Below, piece after piece: positions 22,729-33,299 of a DNA stretch of 64,000 nucleotides (positions are counted from its first letter, which is position 1; each line of letters starts with the position of its first letter). The notes under the pieces are model-generated. The model saw only the letters and a program-made list of their open reading frames with translations, was not told the origin of the DNA and searched no databases. The position numbers and the translations under genes were made by a program. The stretch is from the NCBI RefSeq assembly GCF_056712565.1, contig NZ_CM160072.1; one strand, given 5' to 3'.

Positions 22729-24282
22729 TTAAATTTCAACGACCCGAGACGTCGCATGATGTAATTTTTCCGTAATCACCATTTCAGTGACCCGCTTAAT
22801 ATCGGCATCATTAAAAAAAGCGGTAACATAAGCGACCGGCATAGTGACTGTAGGCAAATTAATGGTCGAAATAATCAGTTCGATATTGTCAGGCAAAACC
22901 TGTGATAAATTCGCTGCTGAAATAACATCAACAATCGTCCATTCAGGAAATGCTCGCAGAATACGGCTTTTCAGTAGATGCGAAGTTCCGATTCCGGTTG
23001 AACAGACCAGTAATACACGTTTACGGGCAATTTGCCGCTCCATCGCAGCCTGAAAATGAACGGTCAGGTAACCCACTTCATCCTCGCTCACTGCATTCTC
23101 ACCCCAGGTTTTAAATACCTGATTCACCACATATTGCGTCAACCGCCAGACATCCGCTAATTCTGCTTTAATATCTTCCAGCAATGGATTACGGATATGA
23201 ATGCGATAATTTAGACGGTTAATCAGCGGCTTAATATGCACCAATAAGCCATCATATAATGCGCTGTCTTCACTAAAATCGCAGTCCACGATGTCACTGA
23301 ATACCGTAATTAAACGCCAGGTAATCAGACGCGCTTCATTGCTGGCCTGCATATGTGAAATAATGCTAACATCTTTTTGTCCATCAATCGCCACACCTGA
23401 TGAAATGATATATTGATAAATAAACCAGACTTCATCATCGGGCAATGTATGTGCAATTCGTTGTTCTATCTTATGAATCATCTGACTGGCAACATTAAAG
23501 ATATTTTCATCATATTGTCTGGTTTGATCTTCTTCTCTTGATAACGCATTCCCGTGCGTGTTGCGATACATCATAATAAGGATGTGAGTAAAAATGTTAA
23601 CGTAATAAGGTTCTCCCAAAGACCAACTTAATTCATTTTCCATATCCAGTAACAATGACTGGACAAATAACACCTCTTCTTCTCCAAAATAATGGACTAA
23701 TGCTTTATAGCTTCCGGGATCCAGACGTGAATACACGACACCTTGCGGCTCATTATGGTTAATAATGCCGTTAATCAGTAATGCCATTGCCTGTCGGACT
23801 TGCCCTTCACTACCTTCAATATGCGTACCACTTGGACTGCGGATCAACGATAACCCCAACGGCGCAAGCCAGGACTCAATTACTCTCAGGTCATTAACAA
23901 TAGAGGCTCCGCTGATAAAGTAGCGTTCTGACAATTTACTGATCGACGTTTCATTCGGTGTTTCACTTAATAACTGCGACGCTATTTTAACGCGCCTGGC
24001 ATTATTCATTACACCATCAATCTCTTCACATTCTGCCACCAACAAATGATCAAGATGCAGCAAATCAGCAATATTCTCCGCACTTAACATCACACCCGCG
24101 CCAGCACGCTTCTCAACATTTATTCTCCATTGTCCCAGCCATTGCTCAAGTAAACGTAAATCACGTTGAATGGTTTTTTCCGAAACATTTAAATAGCCGG
24201 CAATCGTAACAATAGTCGTATATTCCCTTCGAGGTAAAAGGAATCGTAATAATCTGTTTTGTCGCGAGGTAATCATTTGCAT
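22729..24282 (-). CDS. PRD-containing transcriptional regulator of PTS operon (Mga/MtlR-like; HTH + PRD + EIIB-like domain)
   Basis: 517 aa; N-terminal HTH, central PRD-like region, C-terminal CSTGIGTS EIIB-like motif. Confidence 0.75.
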   Translation of the reverse strand: MQMITSRQNRLLRFLLPRREYTTIVTIAGYLNVSEKTIQRDLRLLEQWLGQWRINVEKRAGAGVMLSAENIADLLHLDHLLVAECEEIDGVMNNARRVKIASQLLSETPNETSISKLSERYFISGASIVNDLRVIESWLAPLGLSLIRSPSGTHIEGSEGQVRQAMALLINGIINHNEPQGVVYSRLDPGSYKALVHYFGEEEVLFVQSLLLDMENELSWSLGEPYYVNIFTHILIMMYRNTHGNALSREEDQTRQYDENIFNVASQMIHKIEQRIAHTLPDDEVWFIYQYIISSGVAIDGQKDVSIISHMQASNEARLITWRLITVFSDIVDCDFSEDSALYDGLLVHIKPLINRLNYRIHIRNPLLEDIKAELADVWRLTQYVVNQVFKTWGENAVSEDEVGYLTVHFQAAMERQIARKRVLLVCSTGIGTSHLLKSRILRAFPEWTIVDVISAANLSQVLPDNIELIISTINLPTVTMPVAYVTAFFNDADIKRVTEMVITEKLHHATSRVVEI

Positions 24283-24385
24283 TTTTTACCCTTATCACAG
24301 ATTAAGAAGCCCCATATGGAAGAGCTTCAGTTGCCATCTCTGAGGGTAAATATAAAGCAGAATAATTTCACAACAATACTAAAAT

Positions 24386-24404
24386 CTGTCCGTAATCCGG
24401 ACAG
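24386..24404. promoter_or_regulatory. Palindrome CTGTCCG-TAATC-CGGACAG upstream of the frz-like regulator gene; candidate operator or RNA hairpin
   Basis: Perfect 7-bp inverted repeat read from sequence; role unverified. Confidence 0.3.
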
Positions 24405-24531
24405 TGATAAAACAAAGCAAGGCGGTTAAGGGATATTTTTCAACACAGATCACATTTTCGTGATGAATAATCGTGATCATGCTCGCAAATACGATGGAAG
24501 AAATATTTATTACCAGATGTGAGATTATTTA

Positions 24532-24562
24532 CCGGATACGACACAAAACCATTCGTATCCGG
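24532..24562 (-). terminator. Hairpin CCGGATACG...CGTATCCGG downstream of yicI; likely yicJI terminator
   Basis: 9-bp inverted repeat with 13-nt loop, A/T-rich flank on minus strand. Confidence 0.45.
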
Positions 24563-24576
24563 CATTCTTCAATAGA

Positions 24577-26895
24577 TTACAACGTAATTGTCAGCGCATT
24601 CCCTTGAGGAGTCACCACCAGTCCCTGCTCACTTTCAGCCTGCGAACCGCCTTGCAGACCATTTACTTTCACAATATTGCGCAAGCACAGTGTCCAGTTC
24701 TTCGCCTCGCCCGTACCAGTCACAGTAATCGTGTTGCCAGTACGTGCTGCTTTTAAAGTAAAGATCACCGAACCGTCAGCATCGGGCACTTCACAGACGG
24801 CTTCATGCCCGTCTTGCAGATTAAAGAGGTGGAATGCCGTACCTTCGTGCCACGCGTAATCGGGACGTTGATCGTTGTTGCCCAGCGCCAGTAGGGTGCT
24901 ATCACGCACATAAACGGGCAGACTCAGGAAGCTGTGCTGCTGTTTATGCCAGCGACTACCGTCGAGTTCATCGTTGTGCCACAGGTGTGTCCAGCGACCT
25001 TCCGGCAGGTAGAACTGCACATCGCCCGCTTCTGTGAACACAGGCGCAACCATCACGTTGTCGCCTAACATATATTGACGGTCAAGGTAATCACAAGCCG
25101 GATCGTCCGGGAACTCCATCATCATGGCCCGCATCATCGGCGTACCCCGGGCGTTTGCACGTGCAGCTTCACGATACAGATACGGCATCATGCGGCATTT
25201 CAGTTGCGTGAAGAAGCGCACCACATCACAGGACTCATCATCGTAGGCCCACGGCACACGATAAGATTTGCTGCCATGTAAACGGCTATGGCTGGAAAGC
25301 AAACCAAACGCGCACCAGCGTTTGTAAACGTGCGCCGGAGCGGTATTTTCAAAGCCGCCGATATCGTGGCTCCAGAAGCCAAAACCTGAAAGGCCAATAG
25401 ACAAACCACCGCGCAGGCTTTCCGCCATTGATTCGTAGTTAGCGTAACAGTCGCCACCCCAGTGTACCGGAAATTTCTGCGCACCAACGGAGGCCGAGCG
25501 GGCAAACAAGACGGCTTCTTCCTCACCAACGGTGTCCTTGAGCACGTTCCACACCAGTTCGTTGTAGATGTACGCATAATGGTTATGCATTTTCTGCGGA
25601 TCGGAACCATCAAACCACTGAACATCGGTTGGAATACGTTCGCCAAAGTCGGTCTTAAAGCAATCAACGCCCATCGCGACCAGACCTTTCAGTTTGTCGG
25701 CGTACCATTTGCAGGCATCCGGATTGGTAAAGTCATAAATCGCCAGACCTGGCTGCCATTTATCCCACTGCCACAGCGAACCGTCCGGGCGTTTGAGTAA
25801 ATAACCTTTCTCTTGTAACTCTTTAAAGACGGGGGATTTTTGCCCAATATAGGGGTTAATCCAGACGCAGATTTTCAGCCCTTTCGCTTTCAGACGGCGG
25901 ATCATCCCTTCCGGGTCCGGAAAAGTCAGCGGGTCCCACTCAAAATCGCACCACTGGAAGGCTTTCATCCAGAAACAGTCAAAGTGGAAAACATGCAGCG
26001 GCAGATTGCGTTCCGCCATACCATCGATAAAGCTGTTTACCGTCGCTTCGTCGTAGTTGGTGGTAAATGAAGTGGTTAGCCACAGACCGAAGGACCACGC
26101 GGGCGGCAGCGCCGGACGGCCAGTAAAACGGGTATAACGATCAAGTACCGCTTTCGGCGTCGGGCCGTCGATAACAAAGTATTCGAGATATTCACTCTCA
26201 ACGCTGAACTGTACTTTGGAGACTTTCTCTGATCCCACTTCAAAAGAGACGCATTGAGGATGATTGACCAGTACCCCATAACCACGGTTAGTCATATAAA
26301 ACGGGATATTTTTATACGCCTGTTCAGTACTTGTGCCGCCGTCCCGGTTCCAGGTTTCTACCGTCTGACCATTGCGCACCAGGGCAGTAAAGCGCTCTCC
26401 CAGGCCGTAAACTGTTTCGCCAACGCCAAGATCAAGCCGTTCAAACATATAATTCCGTTGATTATTCGTGTCCTGCACGTAGCCGTTATTTTTCACCTGA
26501 CTACCGGTAATACGTTCGCCGTTGCGCAGAAAATCCAGTGACCAGAACTCACCTTTGCTGACACGCGCACTTAAGTTGCCACTTTTAAACTCAGCGTAAC
26601 GTTCTGTGTTTTCGATAGTGACCTTCACGTCCTGCAAAATATTGAGCGGGTAATGAGGACCGTTATTCAGCGCCCCCTGAAAATGCTCAATCCGTACACC
26701 GACAATACCTTCCTGTGGGGAGAAAAAGCGCAGCGTAAATAAAGGCGTATCAAGCTGCCAGGTACGTTCACGCACATCACGAGGGGCAGCATAGACCACC
26801 ATTTCATTATCCTGCTGTTCAACCTCGAACACCTGAAGCGGGTGAATCAAATTGAGGCCAGGTTGAATCAACCAGTTTCCGTCGCTAATTTTCAT
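24577..26895 (-). CDS. yicI: Alpha-xylosidase (GH31)
   Basis: 772 aa; GH31-like sequence; synteny with yicJ. Confidence 0.9.
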
Positions 26896-26904
26896 TGCCG
26901 TTCC

Positions 26905-28287
26905 TTAGTTCTGCACTTCTTGAGAGGTGAATTGTTGCTGGCAACGGCGTTTGCCCTGCGCCAGCTGTTCCATAACGGTTTTCAGATTGTGCGTCGTGAG
27001 CGAGTAGTAGCGTTTAGCGATAATCGCGCTCAGCAAGTAACAGATCGCCGGAACAATCGTGAATAGCGCGATAATGATGCTAATTGTGACGCTGTTCTGC
27101 GCTTTTTCTGCCGCATCATATCCGCCATAAGCCAGCATCCAGCCGATAAGGGCACCACCGAAGGCCAACCCCAGTTTGAGCACAAACAGCGTGCCAGCAA
27201 AACTGATCCCGGTCAGGCGTTTACCATTGCACCACTCGCCGTAGTCGACGGTATCGGACATCATTACCCACTGGATAGGTGTCACCAGTTGATGCAACAC
27301 ACCAATCACGAAGATGAAGACAAACATGGTGATGCTGGCCTGCATAGGAACAAAGAACATCGCGAGGCTAATCACTGCCAGCAGGGCGTTCGTCCACCAG
27401 AAGATAGTGACTTTACATTTCCAGTCGGTCAGCGGTTTCGCCAGTGCGGAACCAATCAGGTTACCCACGCAATAAGTGGTGAGAAAAGCGACAAATACTT
27501 CCGGCGTGCCCAAAATCCATGTGACGTAATACATCATCGCCCCACCGCGTACGCACACCGCCAGGATATTGAAAATGGTCAGGAAACCGACAATACGCCA
27601 CTGGTCGTTTTGCCAGATATCACGTAAATCATCCCGCATAGACGTCGTTGTAGGTGGTGCTTCAACGCGTTCTTTAGTGGTGAAGAAACAGAATGCCAGC
27701 ATCATAAATGCCACCACGGAAAGGACCGCGATACCGCCCTGGAAACCGAGTGGTTTATTATCACCACCAATTAAATTAACCAGTGGCATCATCAGAACAG
27801 TAGAGAGCATGCCTCCCGCGGTCGCCAGCACAAAACGCCAGGATTGCAGCGAGATACGCTGAGTCGGGTCATTGGTGATTACACCACCCAATGCGCAGTA
27901 AGGGATATTGACGATGGTATAAAGTAAGGTAAGTAGGGTGTAAGTAATTGCTGCATAAATCATTTTTCCGTTCATACTGAGATCTGGCGTGCTATAGGCC
28001 AGTACACAGACGATCCCGAATGGCAGTGCGCCAAACAGCACCCACGGCTGAAATTTACCCCAGCGAGAGCGCGTTCGATCGGCCAACAACCCCATGCAAG
28101 GATCGGAAATCGCATCCAGTGCACGAGCGACCAAAAACATGGTTCCGACAAATCCGGCAGGAATGCCAAAAATATCGGTATAAAAGAACATCATATATAA
28201 CATTACGTTATCGAAAATAATGTGGCTGGCGGCGTCTCCCATGCCATAACCAATTTTCTCTTTAACGGACAACACTTCACTCTTCAT
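26905..28287 (-). CDS. yicJ: GPH-family sugar:cation symporter
   Basis: MKSEVLSVKEKIGYGMGDAASHIIF...; ORF in track 26905..28344. Confidence 0.9.
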   Translation of the reverse strand: MKSEVLSVKEKIGYGMGDAASHIIFDNVMLYMMFFYTDIFGIPAGFVGTMFLVARALDAISDPCMGLLADRTRSRWGKFQPWVLFGALPFGIVCVLAYSTPDLSMNGKMIYAAITYTLLTLLYTIVNIPYCALGGVITNDPTQRISLQSWRFVLATAGGMLSTVLMMPLVNLIGGDNKPLGFQGGIAVLSVVAFMMLAFCFFTTKERVEAPPTTTSMRDDLRDIWQNDQWRIVGFLTIFNILAVCVRGGAMMYYVTWILGTPEVFVAFLTTYCVGNLIGSALAKPLTDWKCKVTIFWWTNALLAVISLAMFFVPMQASITMFVFIFVIGVLHQLVTPIQWVMMSDTVDYGEWCNGKRLTGISFAGTLFVLKLGLAFGGALIGWMLAYGGYDAAEKAQNSVTISIIIALFTIVPAICYLLSAIIAKRYYSLTTHNLKTVMEQLAQGKRRCQQQFTSQEVQN

Positions 28288-28579
28288 CTGCTTTTCCTTG
28301 ATGCTATAGGGGTGCTGAGACCGATAACGCATTTTGTAAACCATCCCTGCGAGAGCGAATATTCCGATATCTGGTTATTAATTTATGATTCTTGTTTTAT
28401 GTGATCGTGGTAGCGTTAATTTCGCTCATATATCATTGTAAAATATGAGTTTTATATGAACTATAATGCTTTTGTGATAATACGCTGCGTGTATTAGGCG
28501 GAAAAAACTGATCTGGGGGATGTAGAAACTCAAGGAAGTAGCTATAATGCGCCCCGCCTCCATGTAGCAATCGAGGCGC

Positions 28580-28674
28580 GGAAGATCGTCGTCTCCGGTG
28601 AGGCGGCTGGACTTCAAATCCAGTTGGGGCCGCCAGCGGTCCCGGGCAGGTTCGACTCCTGTGATCTTCCGCCA
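28580..28674 (+). tRNA. selC: tRNA-Sec (selenocysteine tRNA), 95 nt
   Basis: Sequence GGAAGATCGTCGTCTCCGGTGAGGCGGCTGGACTTCAAATCCAGTTGGGGCCGCCAGCGGTCCCGGGCAGGTTCGACTCCTGTGATCTTCCGCCA read directly; matches E. coli selC from memory. Confidence 0.95.
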
Positions 28675-28726
28675 AAATGCCTCTCCTGAACTCTCCCGAC
28701 GTCAACAACACTCCTTCGGAGGCGAC

Positions 28727-29764
28727 ATGTCAGACAAAGACTTAACCCAGCCCCCAGCAGGCGAGTTTATTATGTTTGCCAGCGGTGACGGAAGAGTGCG
28801 TGTTGAATGTCGCTTTGAGTCAGACACAATCTGGTTATCCCAGGCGGCAATGGCTGAACTGTACGATAAAGATGTTCGCACTATTAACGAACATTTAATC
28901 AATATATTTTCCGAAGGTGAACTTGTTCAAAACTCAACCATCCGGAAATTCCGGATAGTTCGCCAGGAAGGAAAACGTCAGGTTTCCAGAGAGATAGACC
29001 ATTACAACCTCGAAGCCATTCTCGCTGTCGGCTATCGCGTTCGCTCGCCTCGAGGCACGCAATTCCGCCAGTGGGCAACGCAGACGCTTCAGGAATACCT
29101 GATCAAAGGTTTTGTGATGGACGATGAGCGGCTGAAGAATCCGCCTGTCGGTTCATCGGTTGTGCCCGACTATTTTGATGAGATGCTTGAACGCATCCGC
29201 GATATTCGCGCCAGCGAGCGTCGGGTATATTTGCGGGTGCGGGAGATCTTTGCTTTAGCTGCCGACTATCAGCCATCGCTTAAAGAAACCACGCAATTTT
29301 TTCAAACCATCCAGAATAAACTGCATTTTGCCTGTACCGGGCATACCGCTGCGGAACTCATCCACAAACGAGCAGATGCCAGCCAGCCGCACATGGGCTT
29401 GACCAGTTATAAAGGTGAAGAGGTACGTAAGGGCGACGTGACGGTGGCAAAAAATTATCTCACCCAGGATGAGGTCAGCGAACTTAATCGCGTGGTTAAT
29501 ATGTGGCTGGACTTTGCCGAGGATCAGGCCCGTCGTCGTCAGCAAGTCTTTTTGCGCGACTGGCAGGATAAGCTGGATCAGTTCCTGCAATTTAACGACC
29601 GAGAGGTTCTACAGGGCGCTGGTAAAATCAGCAAGAAAATGGCCGATGAAAAAGCGCAGGCGGAGTATGTTCAGTTTGCCGAACAACAACGGCGCTTAAA
29701 AGAAGCCGAAGGCGAGAAGGATATCGCTGGTTTGCTACAGTGGAATAAAGAGTCGAAAAAGTAG
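28727..29764 (+). CDS. RhuM-family (virulence protein RhuM-like) protein, 345 aa
   Basis: N-terminal region ...IWLSQAAMAELYDKDVRTINEHLINIFSEGELVQNSTIRKFRIV... resembles RhuM family as I recall it; RhuM is selC-linked in Salmonella SPI-3. Confidence 0.65.
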   Translation: MSDKDLTQPPAGEFIMFASGDGRVRVECRFESDTIWLSQAAMAELYDKDVRTINEHLINIFSEGELVQNSTIRKFRIVRQEGKRQVSREIDHYNLEAILAVGYRVRSPRGTQFRQWATQTLQEYLIKGFVMDDERLKNPPVGSSVVPDYFDEMLERIRDIRASERRVYLRVREIFALAADYQPSLKETTQFFQTIQNKLHFACTGHTAAELIHKRADASQPHMGLTSYKGEEVRKGDVTVAKNYLTQDEVSELNRVVNMWLDFAEDQARRRQQVFLRDWQDKLDQFLQFNDREVLQGAGKISKKMADEKAQAEYVQFAEQQRRLKEAEGEKDIAGLLQWNKESKK

Positions 29765-29875
29765 CCCGGAATCCCCCCAAACGCCATACGCAAAACCATT
29801 TGGGGGTACTTATGGGGTTACTCATTTATCAAATTCAAAATATAAACATTAAATCAATAACTTAACCATCAAATG

Positions 29876-29903
29876 CGACTCCTGTGATCGCCAAAATGCC
29901 TCT
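29876..29903 (+). repeat. Direct repeat of selC 3' end (att-like scar)
   Basis: 28 of 32 positions match the selC 3' end plus downstream flank, with a 4-bp gap. Confidence 0.6.
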
Positions 29904-29971
29904 TCAGTGATCCCCATCCTGCTTATTTCTGAGCAACCTGACCCTGCTGATGTATCTGGTAGTATGACAGA

Positions 29972-30193
29972 GTGATTCGTTTTTCTTGCCGAGTGTACGA
30001 AAACGTCTTCCTTGCCACCGACTATCAACCGTCACTCAAAAAAACCTCTCTTTTTTTCAAGCTATCAAGAATAAGTTGCATTTTATCTGCACCGGACACC
30101 AGCCATCCATATATGGCTTTTACCTGCTACAAAGATGAAGAAGTGCATAAATGTGATGTTAAAACAATCAAAGAAAAATTACATGCGCAATAA
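29972..30193 (+). pseudogene. Decayed fragment of a second RhuM-like gene
   Basis: Translation ...FLATDYQPSLKKTSLFFK...YMAFTCYKDEEVHKCDV... parallels residues ...FALAADYQPSLKETTQFFQ...HMGLTSYKGEEVRKGDV... of the intact copy. Confidence 0.45.
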
Positions 30194-30333
30194 TTTCACT
30201 ATAACATTATAATCCATGGTGAAAATAACACTGCACAAGGATTGTCATCATCAAACTCATCGGAACTATTTTTTCTGTCGTCATTGGTGTAATACTGATT
30301 GTAAGTATCCTTTCAGGAGATTATTTTTGCCGT

Positions 30334-30832
30334 GTGGGGCATGGAACTTGTAAAGCAGCCAAAAGCGCTAGGCATTTAATTGAAAGTAAAGAGAAAAACA
30401 GAAGTAGTCGCGTCAAAGTCTTTAGCACGCATATTAATTTGAGTCATCCAGCGGCATCCTGGCTAGCAACTCAAACTTGCGCTAACAATATATTCAATCT
30501 GCTTCAAAACAATAATGCCATTTATTTATTCAAAAACGATAATAAAATTGAACTGCGAATGGGGTATGATTCTTTTTTCTCTATTGAAACGATTGATAAA
30601 ATTAACAAAGAAAACATCAAAGAAATAAAACTAAAAAATGATACAACATATGTTTCTCTTCCTAATCCAACCATTTTAATAACCAACGACATCAACACCT
30701 GAACGACAGTTTTCTATTTCTGTTCTGGATGATGATAACAAAGAAAATCTACCTACCGATACCGCACCTTGTTTTACAATTGGTATTCCTGATGAATATA
30801 CTAAAGCCATAGAGTTATTGAACATTAAATAA
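30334..30832 (+). pseudogene. AT-rich hypothetical ORF apparently disrupted by a +1 frameshift near 30700 (122-aa frame then about 40 more codons in the next frame)
   Basis: Two adjacent open frames of similar AT-rich, Asn/Lys/Ile-rich composition; no family recognised. Confidence 0.3.
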
Positions 30833-31001
30833 TTAAATTTCATATTGAGTTTTTTTAAACACCATATGAATAATTGTTATATGTCATTATTTCCTCCATT
30901 CACTAAAACTGATTGATTACTCTACTCCCTCACCGTCATCGGTAGTGGTATCCTTAACGTATATTGATGAAAAGACAAAACAGTATGCAGAGGGAAAAAT
31001 G

Positions 31002-31922
31002 GGTTCCACCAGAAAGGGGATGCTGAACGTTCTGATTGCCGCCGTGTTGTGGGGAAGTTCAGGGGTCTGCGCGCAATACATCATGGAGCAAAGCCAGATG
31101 TCGTCGCAGTTTTTGACTATGACGCGTTTGATATTCGCCGGTTTGATTCTGCTGACGCTATCATTTATTCATGGTGATAAAATCTTTTCTATTATTAACA
31201 ATCACAAAGATGCCATTAGCCTACTGATTTTTTCCGTGGTTGGCGCGCTAACCGTACAGCTCACTTTTTTGCTAACCATCGAAAAATCGAACGCAGCCAC
31301 GGCAACGGTGCTGCAATTCCTCTCACCGACTATTATCGTCGCCTGGTTCTCACTGGTGCGTAAATCCCGCCCGGGCATTCTGGTTTTCTGCGCTATTTTG
31401 ACATCGCTGATCGGGACTTTTTTATTGGTGACACACGGTAATCCGACGTCATTATCGATCTCTCCTGCCGCGTTATTCTGGGGGATTGCCTCGGCATTTG
31501 CTGCTGCATTCTATACCACCTATCCCTCAACGCTGATTGCCCGCTATGGCACGTTACCGGTCGTCGGCTGGAGTATGCTGATTGGCGGTCTGATCCTGCT
31601 GCCCTTTTATGCCAGACAAGGGACAAACTTTGTCGTTAACGGCAGTTTGATTCTGGCGTTTTTTTATTTGGTGGTCATTGGTACGTCCCTGACATTTAGT
31701 CTGTACCTGAAAGGAGCACAATTAATTGGCGGTCCAAAAGCCAGCATTTTAAGCTGTGCAGAACCATTAAGTAGCGCGCTGCTCTCTTTGTTGTTGCTGG
31801 GGATCACCTTCACATTGCCGGACTGGCTGGGAACGCTGCTGATTCTGTCATCGGTGATTTTGATTTCAATGGATTCCCGCCGCCGCGCCAGAAAAATAAA
31901 TCGTCCGGCGCGGCATGAGTGA
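31002..31922 (+). CDS. yicL: EamA-family transporter YicL
   Basis: [29 protein letters not shown]...; 10-TM DMT-type protein. Confidence 0.85.
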   Translation, partial: GSTRKGMLNVLIAAVLWGSSGVCAQYIMEQSQMSSQFLTMTRLIFAGLILLTLSFIHGDKIFSIINNHKDAISLLIFSVVGALTVQLTFLLTIEKSNAATATVLQFLSPTIIVAWFSLVRKSRPGILVFCAILTSLIGTFLLVTHGNPTSLSISPAALFWGIASAFAAAFYTTYPSTLIARYGTLPVVGWSMLIGGLILLPFYARQGTNFVVNGSLILAFFYLVVIGTSLTFSLYLKGAQLIGGPKASILSCAEPLSSALLSLLLLGITFTLPDWLGTLLILSSVILISMDSRRRARKINRPARHE

Positions 31923-31925
31923 GAA

Positions 31926-32744
31926 TTACCAGCCAGGCACCGCGCCTCCGTTAAAGATGGTTTCTGCCGCTTTAGCGACTTCGGGTGATTGATAAGATTG
32001 CAGAAATTCCTTCACGTTTTCTGCATTCTTATTATCTTCCCGTGCCACCAGAATATTCACATACGGCGAATTTTTATCTTCAATAAATACGCTGTCGTTA
32101 ACCGGAGAAAGTCCTGTTTGCTGGATGTAAGTGGTGCTGATAATCGCTACATCCACTTTCGGGTCGTCCAGTACACGTGGCAACTGTGCCCCTTCCAGCT
32201 CCATTATCTGCAAATGGCGTGGATTATCGGTTATATCCAACGCGGTAGGTAATAACCCTTTTCCTTCTTTCAGAGTAATTAGCTTCTCTTTTTGCAGCAG
32301 TAAAAGCGCGCGACCAAGGTTAGTCGGGTCGTTGGGGATCGCCACTGTCGCACCTTCTTTTATTTGCGCCACTGTTTTGATTTTTTTGGAATAGCCCGCC
32401 ATGGGGAAGACAAACGTATTTCCCACCGCTACCAGTTTATAACCATGCGCCTGATTATCTTGTTCAAGAAAGGGTCGATGCTGGAAGACGTTCGCATCAA
32501 GCTCGCCATGATTTGTCGCATCGTTCGGTAGCAACGAACCGCTAAATCCTACCAGTTCAACATCGAGACCATATTTCTCTTTTGCTACCTTTTTAGCGAC
32601 TTCCGCGACATCTTGTTCTGCGCCATTAATAACGCCAACTTTAATATGCTTTTCATCGCTGCTGCTCTGGTCGCAACCTGCCAGCAGAACTCCTGCCAGT
32701 AATAATGCGGCCCCCGCCCGTAGATGATGTGTTGTCAGTTTCAT
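31926..32744 (-). CDS. nlpA: Lipoprotein 28 (methionine-binding lipoprotein family)
   Basis: MKLTTHHLRAGAALLLAGVLLAGC lipobox; 272 aa. Confidence 0.9.
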   Translation of the reverse strand: MKLTTHHLRAGAALLLAGVLLAGCDQSSSDEKHIKVGVINGAEQDVAEVAKKVAKEKYGLDVELVGFSGSLLPNDATNHGELDANVFQHRPFLEQDNQAHGYKLVAVGNTFVFPMAGYSKKIKTVAQIKEGATVAIPNDPTNLGRALLLLQKEKLITLKEGKGLLPTALDITDNPRHLQIMELEGAQLPRVLDDPKVDVAIISTTYIQQTGLSPVNDSVFIEDKNSPYVNILVAREDNKNAENVKEFLQSYQSPEVAKAAETIFNGGAVPGW

Positions 32745-32965
32745 TTTTTTATCCTTTTATTAATGATTACCTGACTATAGCGGTAAGGTCGCTGCAGTTT
32801 AAAAAACGAAACGCTATCGATAAGAATAAAAAGGAATAAAAGTGGAATATAAAGTCTGGCACTTCTTACTGACCACGCAAACACCTTTCGTACAGCATGA
32901 TGAGAGCGGCAAAAGCAAACTACACTTATGCTTCATTCGATGCACATTTGCAGAAGGTTGCCGCT

Positions 32966-33259
32966 ATGAAGCCAACGATGCTACTCATGATTACCGTATT
33001 CCTGATTTTTCCAGCCATTTCTCAGGCCGAGTCGCCATTCAGTTCTCTACAGTCGGCAAAAGAGAAAACCACGGTATTGCAAGATTTACGTAAAATTTGC
33101 ACGCCACAGGCGTCATTATCAGATGAAGCGTGGGAAAAGTTAATGTTGTCAGATGAAAACAATAAACAACATATACGCGAGGCCATCGTGGCGATGGAAC
33201 GTAATAATCAGAGCAATTATTGGGAAGCGTTGGGTAAGGTAGAATGCCCGGATATGTAA
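32966..33259 (+). CDS. yicS: Small secreted protein YicS
   Basis: MKPTMLLMITVFLIFPAISQA signal peptide; 97 aa. Confidence 0.8.
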   Translation: MKPTMLLMITVFLIFPAISQAESPFSSLQSAKEKTTVLQDLRKICTPQASLSDEAWEKLMLSDENNKQHIREAIVAMERNNQSNYWEALGKVECPDM

Positions 33260-33299
33260 GAACGGCAACAACCACTGACCAACGCTTCTTTACCTGATA

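Larger units (their letters stand above)
28653..29903 (+). mobile_element. selC-associated islet (~1.25 kb) bounded by the selC 3' end and an imperfect direct repeat of it; carries one RhuM-family gene, no integrase
   Basis: CGACTCCTGTGATC + GCCAAAATGCCTCT present at 28653-28684 (selC end, with extra TTCC) and again at 29876-29903. Confidence 0.55.

Noticed and set aside
28598-28726. 5' extension of the RhuM-like ORF back to 28598
   Set aside because: The extension overlaps the selC tRNA itself; the ATG at 28727 after the tRNA is the plausible start.
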